IMG/VR virus record: IMGVR_UViG_3300028454_000171
Coordinates: 2,540-66,539 of that record
Length of the DNA stretch: 64,000 nt
Strand: one strand, 5' to 3'
From: a virus
Taxonomy: Duplodnaviria; Caudoviricetes
Shown here: piece after piece, positions 47,403 to 57,046 of the stretch
Layout of the letters: each line of letters begins with the position of its first letter
How positions within the stretch are numbered: the stretch's first letter is position 1
Position numbers and translations under genes: made by a program
Notes under the pieces: generated by a model
Database searches by the model: none
What the model saw: the letters and a program-made list of their open reading frames with translations, nothing else
What the model was told of the DNA's origin: nothing

Positions 47403-47670
47403 CTTTCAGTGCCTCCAAAAGCTTCTGGTGAAAGTCAATCCATTCGTCATTCATCTGCTTGCACAGTTTTGCCCAATCTTCATTCTGCTTGTCGATGAAG
47501 TCAGACCACTGATGGTTTATCTTCCAAGCGAACACCCATGTAGTGCCCGCCGCCAGCAATGATATGACCGTCAGTAAAGCCATCATAGTTTCAATTCCCA
47601 TTTGGTTCATCAGCCTCCACTTTCTCGAAACGGTATTTCTGTGGCGCATTGGGATACTTCTTGCGGTCAA
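47380..47670 (-). CDS. Small membrane-anchored hypothetical protein
   Basis: One TM helix; start uncertain. Confidence 0.5.
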   Translation of the reverse strand: MTARSIPMRHRNTVSRKWRLMNQMGIETMMALLTVISLLAAGTTWVFAWKINHQWSDFIDKQNEDWAKLCKQMNDEWIDFHQKLLEALKDDNDNAD

Positions 47671-47854
47671 CCTCGCTCATAAACATCGCAAGGGGACGTA
47701 CATAGATGCCCTCAGCGCCGTACATAGCCTGATAACAAATCATGCGTTCGTCAGTCTCCGTATGGAATACAGGACAGGCAATGACGCGATAATCGTGGTT
47801 CTTGAAATGCCGCCATGTTTCTCCGGCTTTCGGCAACTCTCTCATTCGCCCCAT
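47591..47854 (-). CDS. DUF1653-like protein
   Basis: GETWRHFK...HTET...YQAMYG...YVRPLAMFMSEVD. Confidence 0.8.
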   Translation of the reverse strand: MGRMRELPKAGETWRHFKNHDYRVIACPVFHTETDERMICYQAMYGAEGIYVRPLAMFMSEVDRKKYPNAPQKYRFEKVEADEPNGN

Positions 47855-48045
47855 TCCTCCTTCAATTCATCAATCAATTCCGACACTTCGGCGCGGGTCA
47901 TGCGGTCAAAGTCATAGTCTTCTTCATCATAGCCGAGCTTCTCCATCAGGTCTTTGGCATAGTCAATCTGGGCCTTTGTCGGTTCCATGCTGGCCACCTC
48001 CCTTCGGAGCTTTGTACTCCCGATGCCACCAGTTTTCACAGCCAA
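47842..48045 (-). CDS. Small acidic hypothetical protein
   Basis: PTKAQIDYAKDL...SELIDELK. Confidence 0.55.
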   Translation of the reverse strand: MAVKTGGIGSTKLRREVASMEPTKAQIDYAKDLMEKLGYDEEDYDFDRMTRAEVSELIDELKEEWGE

Positions 48046-48170
48046 GGCAGTTGAAATGGTTGCAGGCGTGATGGCCCTGCTTCAACGCCCCACAGGGCGT
48101 ACACATGAGCTTCATATTTTCGGGCTTGAAGTGAGCATCGAATGTCGCGTTCATGACCTCTATGAACTTG

Positions 48171-48809
48171 TCAAGGTTTGTCATGGCAATCTCCCAAATC
48201 ATCGAACACGCCTGGTATCATATTGCTCATCTGCGCAAGCAGGGGATAAGCGACCTCCCGCATCTGCGGATGAGCGTCAGGCGCAGCACGTTTGCGGAAG
48301 AACCACCGCCATTCGCGAAGGTTCGCAGTCATATACAACTCAGTCTTCAAGCTGTTGGGCAGTACACTCCGAGCCTCCTGCGGTGTGCAGCCGATGTTGA
48401 GCAGGGCGAAATAGGCTTCCTCAGCTTCTTCGCAAGCAGCTTTCCAGCATACATACCCGGCATCGCCCACGTCGAAAAATGGCGGCTTTACCACTGTGAT
48501 TTCCGAACCGAACTCACCCTTGGAATAGTTGCAATAGCGGGTGCTTTCCTGGGAATAGGATGCCAGTCTGTGCCGCACGATTTCATGCGACACACCACGG
48601 TCAACAATGAACTTGACGGTGATGCTGAAATGTTCCAGCACCGACTCATGCCCGCAGTCGATAATGGCTTTGATAAACTTCTGAGCAGAACCGTCAATAA
48701 TTCTGTCCTCTGACTTATAGCAAACACGTCCGCAGCGCTCAATGTGCTTTACGACGGCATTGCCGTCAAGCGGGGTCACGATTTCAATGCTTGGGGTTAC
48801 AATCCTCAT
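48171..48809 (-). CDS. thyX: Flavin-dependent thymidylate synthase
   Basis: GHESVLEH and RHRLASYSQESTRY signature. Confidence 0.95.
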   Translation of the reverse strand: MRIVTPSIEIVTPLDGNAVVKHIERCGRVCYKSEDRIIDGSAQKFIKAIIDCGHESVLEHFSITVKFIVDRGVSHEIVRHRLASYSQESTRYCNYSKGEFGSEITVVKPPFFDVGDAGYVCWKAACEEAEEAYFALLNIGCTPQEARSVLPNSLKTELYMTANLREWRWFFRKRAAPDAHPQMREVAYPLLAQMSNMIPGVFDDLGDCHDKP

Positions 48810-49087
48810 TTCCTTTTCCTCCTGTGCAATGGTTTCTTTCGCTTGCGACGATGCCGCTTGCTGTGCGCCATGCGTCGCAGGTACTTGGCTTTTCGCAGTA
48901 TCTGGTTTCTTAGGTCTGCTTCCCACAGCGGCATTGCCTCAATTATCCGCTTTATCTCTCGATACGCACGAACAAATCTCTGATACAGCTCGATGGCCAA
49001 GTCCTGCCAGCACCGCCAAAATTCCATCAGCTTCTCATTGAAGTCGGTCACAGCCATCAATCCTTTCGGAAGAACTCCCCAACCCAT
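48806..49087 (-). CDS. Basic hypothetical protein
   Basis: Operon ORF. Confidence 0.5.
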   Translation of the reverse strand: MGWGVLPKGLMAVTDFNEKLMEFWRCWQDLAIELYQRFVRAYREIKRIIEAMPLWEADLRNQILRKAKYLRRMAHSKRHRRKRKKPLHRRKRK

Positions 49088-51054
49088 CCGTCAGCGTTCA
49101 GGGGCAGCCCCTGCGCCCACGGTATCGGCTCAGTCATAATCCTGACCACGGCATCGAGGTTCGCCATGCTGACAGGGCAGTCAATGACTACCTCATCATG
49201 GACGTGGAACACGATGGGGAACCCGGCGGCTTCCAGCTTCTCAATCGTGAGAGCCAGACAGTCGCGGGCGATAGCTTGCACCACGTTCTCCACGAGCTTC
49301 CCGCCGTATGTCTCAAGCGACTCCCACCGCTTCGTGGTCTGGTTCACACCGCGATATGCTACCGATGGCCTGTCCCACTGATTCGTACCGAGAGAGGGGA
49401 AGGCGTAATAGAGCTTGCGCTGGCTCGGCAGGGTGATGGTCATGTAGTCCAGGCCGTTTGCCATGTCGAACTCTCGCGTGAACAGCAGACCGTTCACACC
49501 CGTCTGCTTCCCTGTCTGAATGGTGGCTACCGCAGCTTTTTCGACCCTGTACCACAAGTCCACGATGCGCTTGTTGGCCTCACGCCAGCGATAAACGATG
49601 TCTTGCAGGTCTTCCTCCGGGATGCCCATGTTCAAGGCTCCCATCTGGATAAGAGCGCCGACACCGCCTTGATAGCCGAGGGCCAGCGTAGCCACCTTCC
49701 CGCGCTGCCGCAGGGCGTATTCCGGGTTGCCCTTCTTGATTTTCTCAATCGGCACCCCGAACATCTGGCTTGCCGTGGCCTCATAAATCTTGCCATGCGT
49801 CCTGAACACTTCCAGTACCCATTCCTCTCCGGCGAGCCATGCAATGACCCTAGCCTCGATAGAGGAGAAGTCCGCATCAACCAGCATGTTGCCGTCGCCG
49901 GCGATGAACGATGTGCGGATAAGCTGGGAAAGCGTGTCCATCGGCGAGCCGAACAGGACTTTCAGCTTTTCGCCGTCACGCTTCTTGACCGCTTCGCGGG
50001 CCATCGGCAGGTATTTCAGGTCGATGTAGGTTCGGGCGAGGTTCTGCACCTGCACGAGCCGTCCCGCCCATCTGCCGGTTCGGTTCGCCCCGTAGAACTG
50101 CAACAGTCCACGGACTCTGCCATCGGCGCATACTGCCGCCTCAATGGCGTTGTATTTCTTGGTGCTGGTCTTGCCCAGCTCCTGACGGATTTCCAGCATA
50201 CGCTCGGCAGAGCCAGTCACGGCTTGCGTCTTGAGCATCTGTTCCACGGTGTCCTTGCGTAGATCGGGCAGGGTTTCTCCCGTCGTTTCCTCAAGCCACT
50301 TGGCAAGCTGGGCGATGCTGTTGGGATTTTGCAGTCCTGTGATGCCGATGGCCTCCTGCATTAGCCTGTCATGGGTCTTTCCTGCTATTTCCAAGGCTCC
50401 CTGCACCAACTCCATATCCACGGCCACACCGCGGGCATTGATGCGGAGGTCTGTCTGCCACTGCTTTTCAATGGCTTCCGGCACAGGGAAAGCTGACAGC
50501 CTCCGGTCGATTTCCATTTCAGTCGTGACATCACCTTGGCAATACTGCTTGAACAGCGCCCATTTCTCCGGGTCGTGCTTTGGATAGTTCCGCGTCCTGC
50601 CGCCGTTGGCTTTCGTCGGGTTGCAGGGAACGCAGAAGTAGCGAATCAGGGCTTTGCCCACAGACATCTTCTGCTTATCTGCGGGGAGGTTCAGAGCCTT
50701 GCCCGTGGCATCCAGCCCTGCCGTCAACCCGCAGTACAAGCCGTGCAGCATCGTGTCTCGCCATTGCTCAATTGGCAAAGGCCGTCCGCAGAACTTCGAC
50801 AGGCAGTACCACTCGAACGCAGCGTTGTATGCGTGTTTGACATACTCAGGGTCGAACAGCGCCTGGGCTATCCATTCTGGCAGTTTCTCGCCTTGTGCTA
50901 GGTCAACGATTTCCACGGGGCCGCCGTCTACGCTATATGCGAACAACAGTATCTCGAAGTCTCGGCTCTGGACGTACTTATACAGACCCGTTTTCGGTAT
51001 CGGTTCGCTGCTGAAAGTTTCAATATCAATCGAAAGATGCTTCACGGCAGCCAC
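49057..51054 (-). CDS. Family A DNA polymerase
   Basis: SIDIET exonuclease, DFSSIEARV motif A, RQRGKVATLALGY motif B, VHDE motif C. Confidence 0.95.
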   Translation of the reverse strand: MAAVKHLSIDIETFSSEPIPKTGLYKYVQSRDFEILLFAYSVDGGPVEIVDLAQGEKLPEWIAQALFDPEYVKHAYNAAFEWYCLSKFCGRPLPIEQWRDTMLHGLYCGLTAGLDATGKALNLPADKQKMSVGKALIRYFCVPCNPTKANGGRTRNYPKHDPEKWALFKQYCQGDVTTEMEIDRRLSAFPVPEAIEKQWQTDLRINARGVAVDMELVQGALEIAGKTHDRLMQEAIGITGLQNPNSIAQLAKWLEETTGETLPDLRKDTVEQMLKTQAVTGSAERMLEIRQELGKTSTKKYNAIEAAVCADGRVRGLLQFYGANRTGRWAGRLVQVQNLARTYIDLKYLPMAREAVKKRDGEKLKVLFGSPMDTLSQLIRTSFIAGDGNMLVDADFSSIEARVIAWLAGEEWVLEVFRTHGKIYEATASQMFGVPIEKIKKGNPEYALRQRGKVATLALGYQGGVGALIQMGALNMGIPEEDLQDIVYRWREANKRIVDLWYRVEKAAVATIQTGKQTGVNGLLFTREFDMANGLDYMTITLPSQRKLYYAFPSLGTNQWDRPSVAYRGVNQTTKRWESLETYGGKLVENVVQAIARDCLALTIEKLEAAGFPIVFHVHDEVVIDCPVSMANLDAVVRIMTEPIPWAQGLPLNADGWVGEFFRKD

Positions 51055-51425
51055 TCCTGTTCTTTAACAAACGCTAACCACTTCTGCCCCTTAACAATTT
51101 TGATGACATTCAGCAGTTTCTGGTGTTGCTTTTTCAACTGTTTTTCCGGCGTGGATTTCGGCCTGTTGACGTAGCCTCTGATGCGTTCTGCAAACAAGGC
51201 ATCAGACTGCTGGCGCAAATCCTCTGCTGTCTTCATGGCCAAATCGTGATTTTCCACGGCTTCTTCAAGAAGGATGATGAGCTTTTTTCGGTCATCCTCG
51301 GTACAATGCTGGCAAGCCAATTTCAGCAATTTCTTGATGGACGGCATTCCCATGCTGGAAAAGTACCGTTCGGCATTCACGCTGATGTTGCCAGTCATCC
51401 ATCTGACATGAAAATTATTTTCCAT
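51042..51425 (-). CDS. Hypothetical protein
   Basis: Operon ORF. Confidence 0.6.
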   Translation of the reverse strand: MENNFHVRWMTGNISVNAERYFSSMGMPSIKKLLKLACQHCTEDDRKKLIILLEEAVENHDLAMKTAEDLRQQSDALFAERIRGYVNRPKSTPEKQLKKQHQKLLNVIKIVKGQKWLAFVKEQEWLP

Positions 51426-51491
51426 ACTTGCGTCTCCTGATTACAAACCCCGCAGTCAAGGCTTTGGTTAACTGCGGGGTTCATTTTCGTA

Positions 51492-52157
51492 TCAATACAT
51501 CGGCTGTCCCGTAAGCGGGTTGATGGCTCCCGGCTGCGCCCCTGACGGAACAGTGGAAGGAGTTCCGGGGGCATAACCTGTCGCTACCGTAGCAGCTCCG
51601 GGGGTCATACCGATGCCAGCGAAGTCAGCCGCAGCAGATGCTCCACCTGCCAGCGGATCGCCGTCACGAGTCTTCATCACGTTGCCCAGGCCACATCCGA
51701 TACCACGCTTGCCAGCGCGGGCATATCCGAAGAAATTGATGGTAACGCGGGCATACATCCCGCTGTAAATATCCTGCGGCAGAAGCTCGGTGCTAATGTC
51801 ACTCTGGTGAACGACCTGCGGCTTATTCTTCGTGCTTGCGGTGATGACCCAGCACCCTTTGCACTCATCGCCATACGGCGTTCCATTCTCACGAACACCA
51901 TCGCCATCGTGGATGGGAACGGGCATGACAGGGGGGCGCACACCATTCCAAATCTTGCTCTGAGCATCAGCGGCAGCGGCCTCGATGCTGGCATCAATGT
52001 TCTGCTTAACAGCTACATCCGTCTTCGGGATGAGCAGAGTCACGGAATACTTCGGAGTTGCGCTGGGGTCATTGTTGTTCGCACGGGGCGCCACGAGGTT
52101 CACATAAGACAGGCGGACTTCACCGGTCAAAACTTTGGTAGGGATGTTGTTATACAT
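51492..52157 (-). CDS. ssDNA-binding protein (DUF2815/gp2.5-like)
   Basis: VRLSYVNL, KYSVTLLIPK, IYSGMYARV, GIGCGLGNV. Confidence 0.9.
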   Translation of the reverse strand: MYNNIPTKVLTGEVRLSYVNLVAPRANNNDPSATPKYSVTLLIPKTDVAVKQNIDASIEAAAADAQSKIWNGVRPPVMPVPIHDGDGVRENGTPYGDECKGCWVITASTKNKPQVVHQSDISTELLPQDIYSGMYARVTINFFGYARAGKRGIGCGLGNVMKTRDGDPLAGGASAAADFAGIGMTPGAATVATGYAPGTPSTVPSGAQPGAINPLTGQPMY

Positions 52158-52234
52158 ACTCTTTTCCTCCTCAACTCTTTACATTTCACTTTTTACGTTT
52201 TGCTCTTTACGTTTTACGTTTTGCACTTCACTTT

Positions 52235-53410
52235 TTACGCTTTATCTGCAACTGCCGCAAAGTCGGCAGCGGCTGAACTGAACTCAGGACGCTTGTCGCT
52301 GGCGGGGGCCAGCGTGGGCTTGCCCTGTGGCTTAGTCACGAAATCGCCAACTAGCTCCTCAAACTTCGGCTTGCCCAGCATCTTCTCAAGCTGGGCCAGC
52401 GTCTTGGGAACGCTGTCGTAAATCACAGCCCGGTCGACGCCCTTGGCTTCCAAGGCTTCCAAAGCCTTGTCTTGGTCAGACCATGCGCGGGAACTGCGGC
52501 CCTCGACAATCTTGAATCCGGGGATGGGGATGCCTTCAAGCATTCTCGCAAGGGCGGCTTCCTTCACGGCATTGAACCATTCTACTAGCGTCTCGCCTTT
52601 GCAGAGGGCCTCGCTCATCTCCTCAGGGGAGAGCAGCCCCGTCAGCTTGCTCTTTATCGCCGGGGCGAAATCGTCAAACGCCGATACCTGCTGGTCAGCT
52701 TGCGCCTTGCATTTTCCATGCGCTCGGCAGAATCGGCACCACTCACCTGCATGGTACTCGCCAAATCCCGCATAAGCCATCTGTGCCTTCGGCTTGATTT
52801 TCTCGCCCCAGGCAACAAGTTCTTCTGCGGTGCATTGCCAGCTCTCGTAGCTCCCAAGCCTCGGCTGGTCAATGTAAATCTCGACGTTCTTGATGGCTCC
52901 GCCGAAAATCGGCTGATAGAGCTTGAGCGCGCCCAATGCGTACAGCATGAGCTGCGGATTCTCCACGGCGCTTACCTTCACGCCCTTGCCATTCTTGTAG
53001 TCCGTGATGACTAGCGTGTCACCGCCGAACATGATGCAGTCGCACCGCCCGAATGCTTCCGGGACATAGGCGGAAATGTCAACGCTCGTCTCAAACGCAA
53101 TGTATGGCTCGCTTGCAAAGCTCATAGCTCTTTCGGCAAGATGCTCCACATAAGTCTCTGCCGAGCGAAGCATCTCATCATCCCATAGTGGGTCGGCCTT
53201 GAGCTTCTTGAGCGTTCTCGTGCAGCTCGCGGCCTTGATTTTTCCGAAATGCTTCTTGGCCATGACCTCGCATACGCTGTGGGCGAGCGTCCCTTCCTCG
53301 GCGAAGGCTGATGTCTTTTCCGGCAGTTCTGCCTCAAGCCGTGCAGATAACGAGCAGTTCAGCCAGCGATGCGCAGCAGACGGGCTGAGAAGTGCGTGGC
53401 CGGCGCTCAT
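52235..53410 (-). CDS. DUF2800 (Cas4-like PD-(D/E)XK exonuclease) protein
   Basis: HALLSPSAAHRWLNC, EEGTLAH, FGRCD, DYKNG, QLMLYALG. Confidence 0.9.
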   Translation of the reverse strand: MSAGHALLSPSAAHRWLNCSLSARLEAELPEKTSAFAEEGTLAHSVCEVMAKKHFGKIKAASCTRTLKKLKADPLWDDEMLRSAETYVEHLAERAMSFASEPYIAFETSVDISAYVPEAFGRCDCIMFGGDTLVITDYKNGKGVKVSAVENPQLMLYALGALKLYQPIFGGAIKNVEIYIDQPRLGSYESWQCTAEELVAWGEKIKPKAQMAYAGFGEYHAGEWCRFCRAHGKCKAQADQQVSAFDDFAPAIKSKLTGLLSPEEMSEALCKGETLVEWFNAVKEAALARMLEGIPIPGFKIVEGRSSRAWSDQDKALEALEAKGVDRAVIYDSVPKTLAQLEKMLGKPKFEELVGDFVTKPQGKPTLAPASDKRPEFSSAAADFAAVADKA

Positions 53411-53841
53411 ATCTTCGCCCCCAAATCCCGCATAGCCGTTGCAAACGCACCAAGCTGTTCGGGCTTCAGTTCCATTACGGCTTGAACGCCGAAGGAATGA
53501 AGCAGGTTAATCAGGTCATTCGCCTTGCCCGCATCCATCAATGTTGCACCGGCTGCCATAATCTGCTCCACGGTGTATTTCGGAGCTGCTGCCAACGGAA
53601 CTCCTGCTACCGGCAATCCCTGCTGTGCGGGTGCAGGCTGTGGAGCCGGGGCCTGTTGCGGCTGTGCCACGGGAGTCGGCACGGGCTGAGGAGCCTGAAC
53701 AGGTGCGGGTGCGGGTGCTACCGGTGTCTGCGCAGGTGTTGTCTGCTGCTGTGCTGGAATTTTCGCCCCCTGCAATGCCATTGCCAAGTTATTGATAGCC
53801 TCGGCAAGAGCCGCAGCTTCTACGGTGATTACGATTTCCAT
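53407..53841 (-). CDS. Pro/Ala/Gln-rich hypothetical protein
   Basis: RBS GAAAGGGG; typical position before DUF2800. Confidence 0.75.
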   Translation of the reverse strand: MEIVITVEAAALAEAINNLAMALQGAKIPAQQQTTPAQTPVAPAPAPVQAPQPVPTPVAQPQQAPAPQPAPAQQGLPVAGVPLAAAPKYTVEQIMAAGATLMDAGKANDLINLLHSFGVQAVMELKPEQLGAFATAMRDLGAKI

Positions 53842-53863
53842 GATTTTGACCCCTTTCATCACA

Positions 53864-54337
53864 TCAATAAAAATGGTTTTCTCGGTTTCCGCCGGAGCAG
53901 AAGAACCGAATATCTGACAACGGCTGGCATCCATTGTCGTGCCAGTCTGCCAATGTTTGCTCTGCAACAGCTATGTCATTTTCGGTTACGGGTCTTGACT
54001 GCTGCCAGTAGCCATTGAAGGCATTCGGCGTTTCTAGCACCTCAACCACGCTGTCCTTAAATCTGCTGTCGCTGACTCGGTTCAGGATGACTTCACACAC
54101 AAGCCGTTTGTCCTGCACCTTGTCTGAGTAACACTCACCAGCAAGCGTAAGAGCCATCGCCCTGACATCTTCTTCAGACCATCTGGGCTGTGCTTGCGGT
54201 ATCGGCTCCACAGGCTTCTGGATTTTTACAGCCATGACCGGCTTTTGAACTGGCTTTGCCTCATCTGTGGGCATGGCACATAAGGCGACTGTTGTAAAAG
54301 CAGCCACCGCTGTCACATCCTTTAGCGTTTCCAACCA
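53864..54337 (-). pseudogene. 3' half of a SleB-like cell-wall hydrolase gene split by the inversion
   Basis: ALTLAGE...VILNRV...F..SVVEVL...AF; no credible start of its own; in frame with 37,721 ORF across the junction. Confidence 0.75.
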
Positions 54338-54360
54338 TCTCAACGGTTTGCTGGATTTGC
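54337..54360. other. Right inversion junction / attP right arm
   Basis: ATCTCAACGGTT core plus arm ACGGTTTGCTGGATTTGC. Confidence 0.85.
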
Positions 54361-54383
54361 ACAAACGACTAGGAGGACAGAAA

Positions 54384-56072
54384 ATGGAAATGCAGGAAAA
54401 AATTGAGAAGGCTCGCAAGGACATCTGGCAAGCCATCGAGGACTATGGTCGGCACAGCAATTTGACCGATGTTCTTGACGATGTGACCGATGCGTTCGTG
54501 GACAGGCTGGCAAAAGACAGTGTGAAGGCCAAGCAGGAGCTTCGTGAAATGTTCCGCAAGTCTCCGGCATGGAACGAGGATTTGGATGCGCTGGTCATCA
54601 ATGGGACGCGGACACATGACCCGAACTACAGCAGGGTGCATGATTTGGCGTTTGATATATTAGATCCCGTATTTAATGGCAGGTGTAACCCAGATGATGT
54701 ATATGCGGCTGTAAAGCTATTCACGCAGTATGGCGGCGACCATTCTGAAGCGATTGCAGCTATTGGCAGATTGGCTCCGAAAGCATACGCCCCCGGCAAG
54801 AAAAAGAGCCGCATTTTCAAGGCAATGTGTCAGGCGTTGGGCATCGCTGATGAGACTGCCGGAAGCAGGTTCCAGCATCTCTATGCGCAGTTGGCAGATG
54901 AGCTGTCAGCCAAAAAGATTTCGTTCAAGTTGTACGTCAGCTTGAACCCGGCGCATTTCGTAACCATGTCGAATCCGAAGCAGGATAAGCGTGGGAACAC
55001 GATGACAAGCTGCCATTCGTTCAACAGTGCCGAGTACCAGTACAACAACGGTTGTTCTGGGTACGCACGGGATAACTGTACGATGATTGCATTTACCGTG
55101 TCAGACCCGAATGAGCCGGAAACGCTCAATAATCGCAAGACAACGCGCCAGCTCTATATGTACCGCCCTGGTAACGGATTGCTGTTGCAGAGCCGGATGT
55201 ATAACACGAGCGGTGGCACGGAGGGGGCGCAGACTGAATCGAAGCTCTATCGCGACCTGATACAGCGGGAAATCTCCGAATGCGAGGGTATGCCGAACCT
55301 GTGGAAGACGTTCAAGTATTACAACAACGGCAAGGGTATCAATTTCCGCGTCGGAGATGGCTTCGGTGGCTATCCTGACTGGACGTACAGCAACTTCGCA
55401 GCGATGGTCAGTCTCCGCCATGACCATGAGCTTGATTACAGGGTGTTCAACATTGGAACGTGGGGGCTGTGCATCTCTTGCGGGCAGGAAACCGGTTTTG
55501 GTCTTTACTGCGAGGATTGCAACGATGATGGACGTGCAGAATGTGCGGAATGCGGCGACCGTTATAGCGAAGATGACCTCTACACCGTGTATAGCAGCTT
55601 AGGTTGTGAAATGCGGGTTTGCCGCGATTGCCGGGACGAGTATTACGAGTATTGCGAAGACTGCGAGGAGTATTACCACCGTGATGCCGTTACGCAGTTA
55701 GCTAATGGCAGGTATGTCTGTAATGATTGCCGTGACAGGCATTATCGGATTTGCGATGAGTGCGGCGAGTGGTTTCACCGGGATGATATGAGCGTAGCAG
55801 TAGATGCGAACGGTTGTGAGGTTCATATCTGCAACGGCTGCCGTGATTACTATTATTACCATTACGTTGAGTGCGATGATTGTGGTCGGTATGTCCGCAG
55901 CAATCACGTCACGGATGCGCACCGTGAAGGTGTTGAAGTATCGGTTTGCCCGGACTGCATCAGCAGTTACTCTGAGTGCGATGAATGCGGCGACTGGTAT
56001 CACGATGATGATTTGCAAGATGGCTTTTGCCCGGATTGCATCAAGAAAAGAGAGGAGGCTGAGGCTGTATGA
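54384..56072 (+). CDS. Hypothetical protein with a C-terminal array of 12 CxxC motifs
   Basis: AGGAGG RBS; CxxC count by eye. Confidence 0.75.
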   Translation: MEMQEKIEKARKDIWQAIEDYGRHSNLTDVLDDVTDAFVDRLAKDSVKAKQELREMFRKSPAWNEDLDALVINGTRTHDPNYSRVHDLAFDILDPVFNGRCNPDDVYAAVKLFTQYGGDHSEAIAAIGRLAPKAYAPGKKKSRIFKAMCQALGIADETAGSRFQHLYAQLADELSAKKISFKLYVSLNPAHFVTMSNPKQDKRGNTMTSCHSFNSAEYQYNNGCSGYARDNCTMIAFTVSDPNEPETLNNRKTTRQLYMYRPGNGLLLQSRMYNTSGGTEGAQTESKLYRDLIQREISECEGMPNLWKTFKYYNNGKGINFRVGDGFGGYPDWTYSNFAAMVSLRHDHELDYRVFNIGTWGLCISCGQETGFGLYCEDCNDDGRAECAECGDRYSEDDLYTVYSSLGCEMRVCRDCRDEYYEYCEDCEEYYHRDAVTQLANGRYVCNDCRDRHYRICDECGEWFHRDDMSVAVDANGCEVHICNGCRDYYYYHYVECDDCGRYVRSNHVTDAHREGVEVSVCPDCISSYSECDECGDWYHDDDLQDGFCPDCIKKREEAEAV

Positions 56073-57046
56073 TTTCGTTGGAGAAGTTCTTGACACCGAC
56101 CCAGAAGGAACTGTATGCGCTGGTTCGCAAGATGTATAAAGGCCGCACGATTTGCTGCAAAAAGAGTTTTGTGCTTGTCTATGGTGAAGCGCCGGTTATG
56201 CTGGTGGCGCACATGGACACCGTGCATAACGAGCGGGTAAAGCATATCTGCACGACGCAGGATGGCAACATCCTGATGTCTCCCCAGGGCATCGGCGGTG
56301 ATGACCGCTGCGGGGTATATGCGCTAGTCAATGCGTATGAGGCGGCAGAGAAGAAGCCGTGGCTCTTATTCACCTGCGATGAAGAAATCGGAGGCAGGGG
56401 GGCAGATAACTTCTGCCGCAAGTATAAAGACGGAAAGTTGCCGAAAGAGCTGGCTGACCTGAAGCTGATAATCGAGATTGACCGCAGGGGCAGCGAAGAT
56501 GCGGTGTATTACAGTTGCGACAACAAGGAGTTCGAGGATTACATCACGAGCAAAGGGTTCAAGACGGCCAGCGGGTCGTTCAGCGATATTTCGTACATAG
56601 CGCCAGATTTGGGCGTGGCGGCTGTGAACCTTTCGTCCGGCTATTACAACGCCCACACGCAGCATGAGTACATCAATCGCCAGCATATTGATGCTGTAAT
56701 TGCGAAAGTGAATGAAATCGTGGCTGAAGCTGCGAAGCCTGATTTCCCGAAGTACGAATACATTGAGAAGAAGGTAGAGCTGGTCAGAAGGGTGTTCCCG
56801 TATGCAAGTCCGAGTAACTGGTGGAAACATGATAAAGATGACGATGATGGCGTTGTGACCCTGCATACGAACATCCCGAAGGACTTGCCGGTGAAGTATA
56901 AGACGATGTACGACGAACTGCTTGACTATTACGAGATGACAGACCTTGAGGTATACCGTGAAATGTATGGCAATGAAGTGATTGAGGAGATGTACCGCAA
57001 TGAAATTTGGCCGCAGTACAACGACGGATGGGGTGACTTGAAATGA
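56069..57046 (+). CDS. M28/M42-like zinc peptidase
   Basis: AHMDTVH, GGDDRCG, DEEIG, GYYNAHT. Confidence 0.85.
   Translation: MISLEKFLTPTQKELYALVRKMYKGRTICCKKSFVLVYGEAPVMLVAHMDTVHNERVKHICTTQDGNILMSPQGIGGDDRCGVYALVNAYEAAEKKPWLLFTCDEEIGGRGADNFCRKYKDGKLPKELADLKLIIEIDRRGSEDAVYYSCDNKEFEDYITSKGFKTASGSFSDISYIAPDLGVAAVNLSSGYYNAHTQHEYINRQHIDAVIAKVNEIVAEAAKPDFPKYEYIEKKVELVRRVFPYASPSNWWKHDKDDDDGVVTLHTNIPKDLPVKYKTMYDELLDYYEMTDLEVYREMYGNEVIEEMYRNEIWPQYNDGWGDLK

Noticed and set aside
37941-54348. Inversion as a pure assembly artefact
   Set aside because: The shared repeat is only 12 bp, shorter than typical assembly k-mers, and it coincides with att-like arms and an in-frame gene split; still needs read confirmation
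54267-54436. Upstream extensions of the 54,267 (+) and 54,436 (-) ORFs across the junction
   Set aside because: They run through the att arm and overlap each other; the RBS supports ATG 54,384 for the plus gene, and the minus ORF's real 5' part is at 37,721
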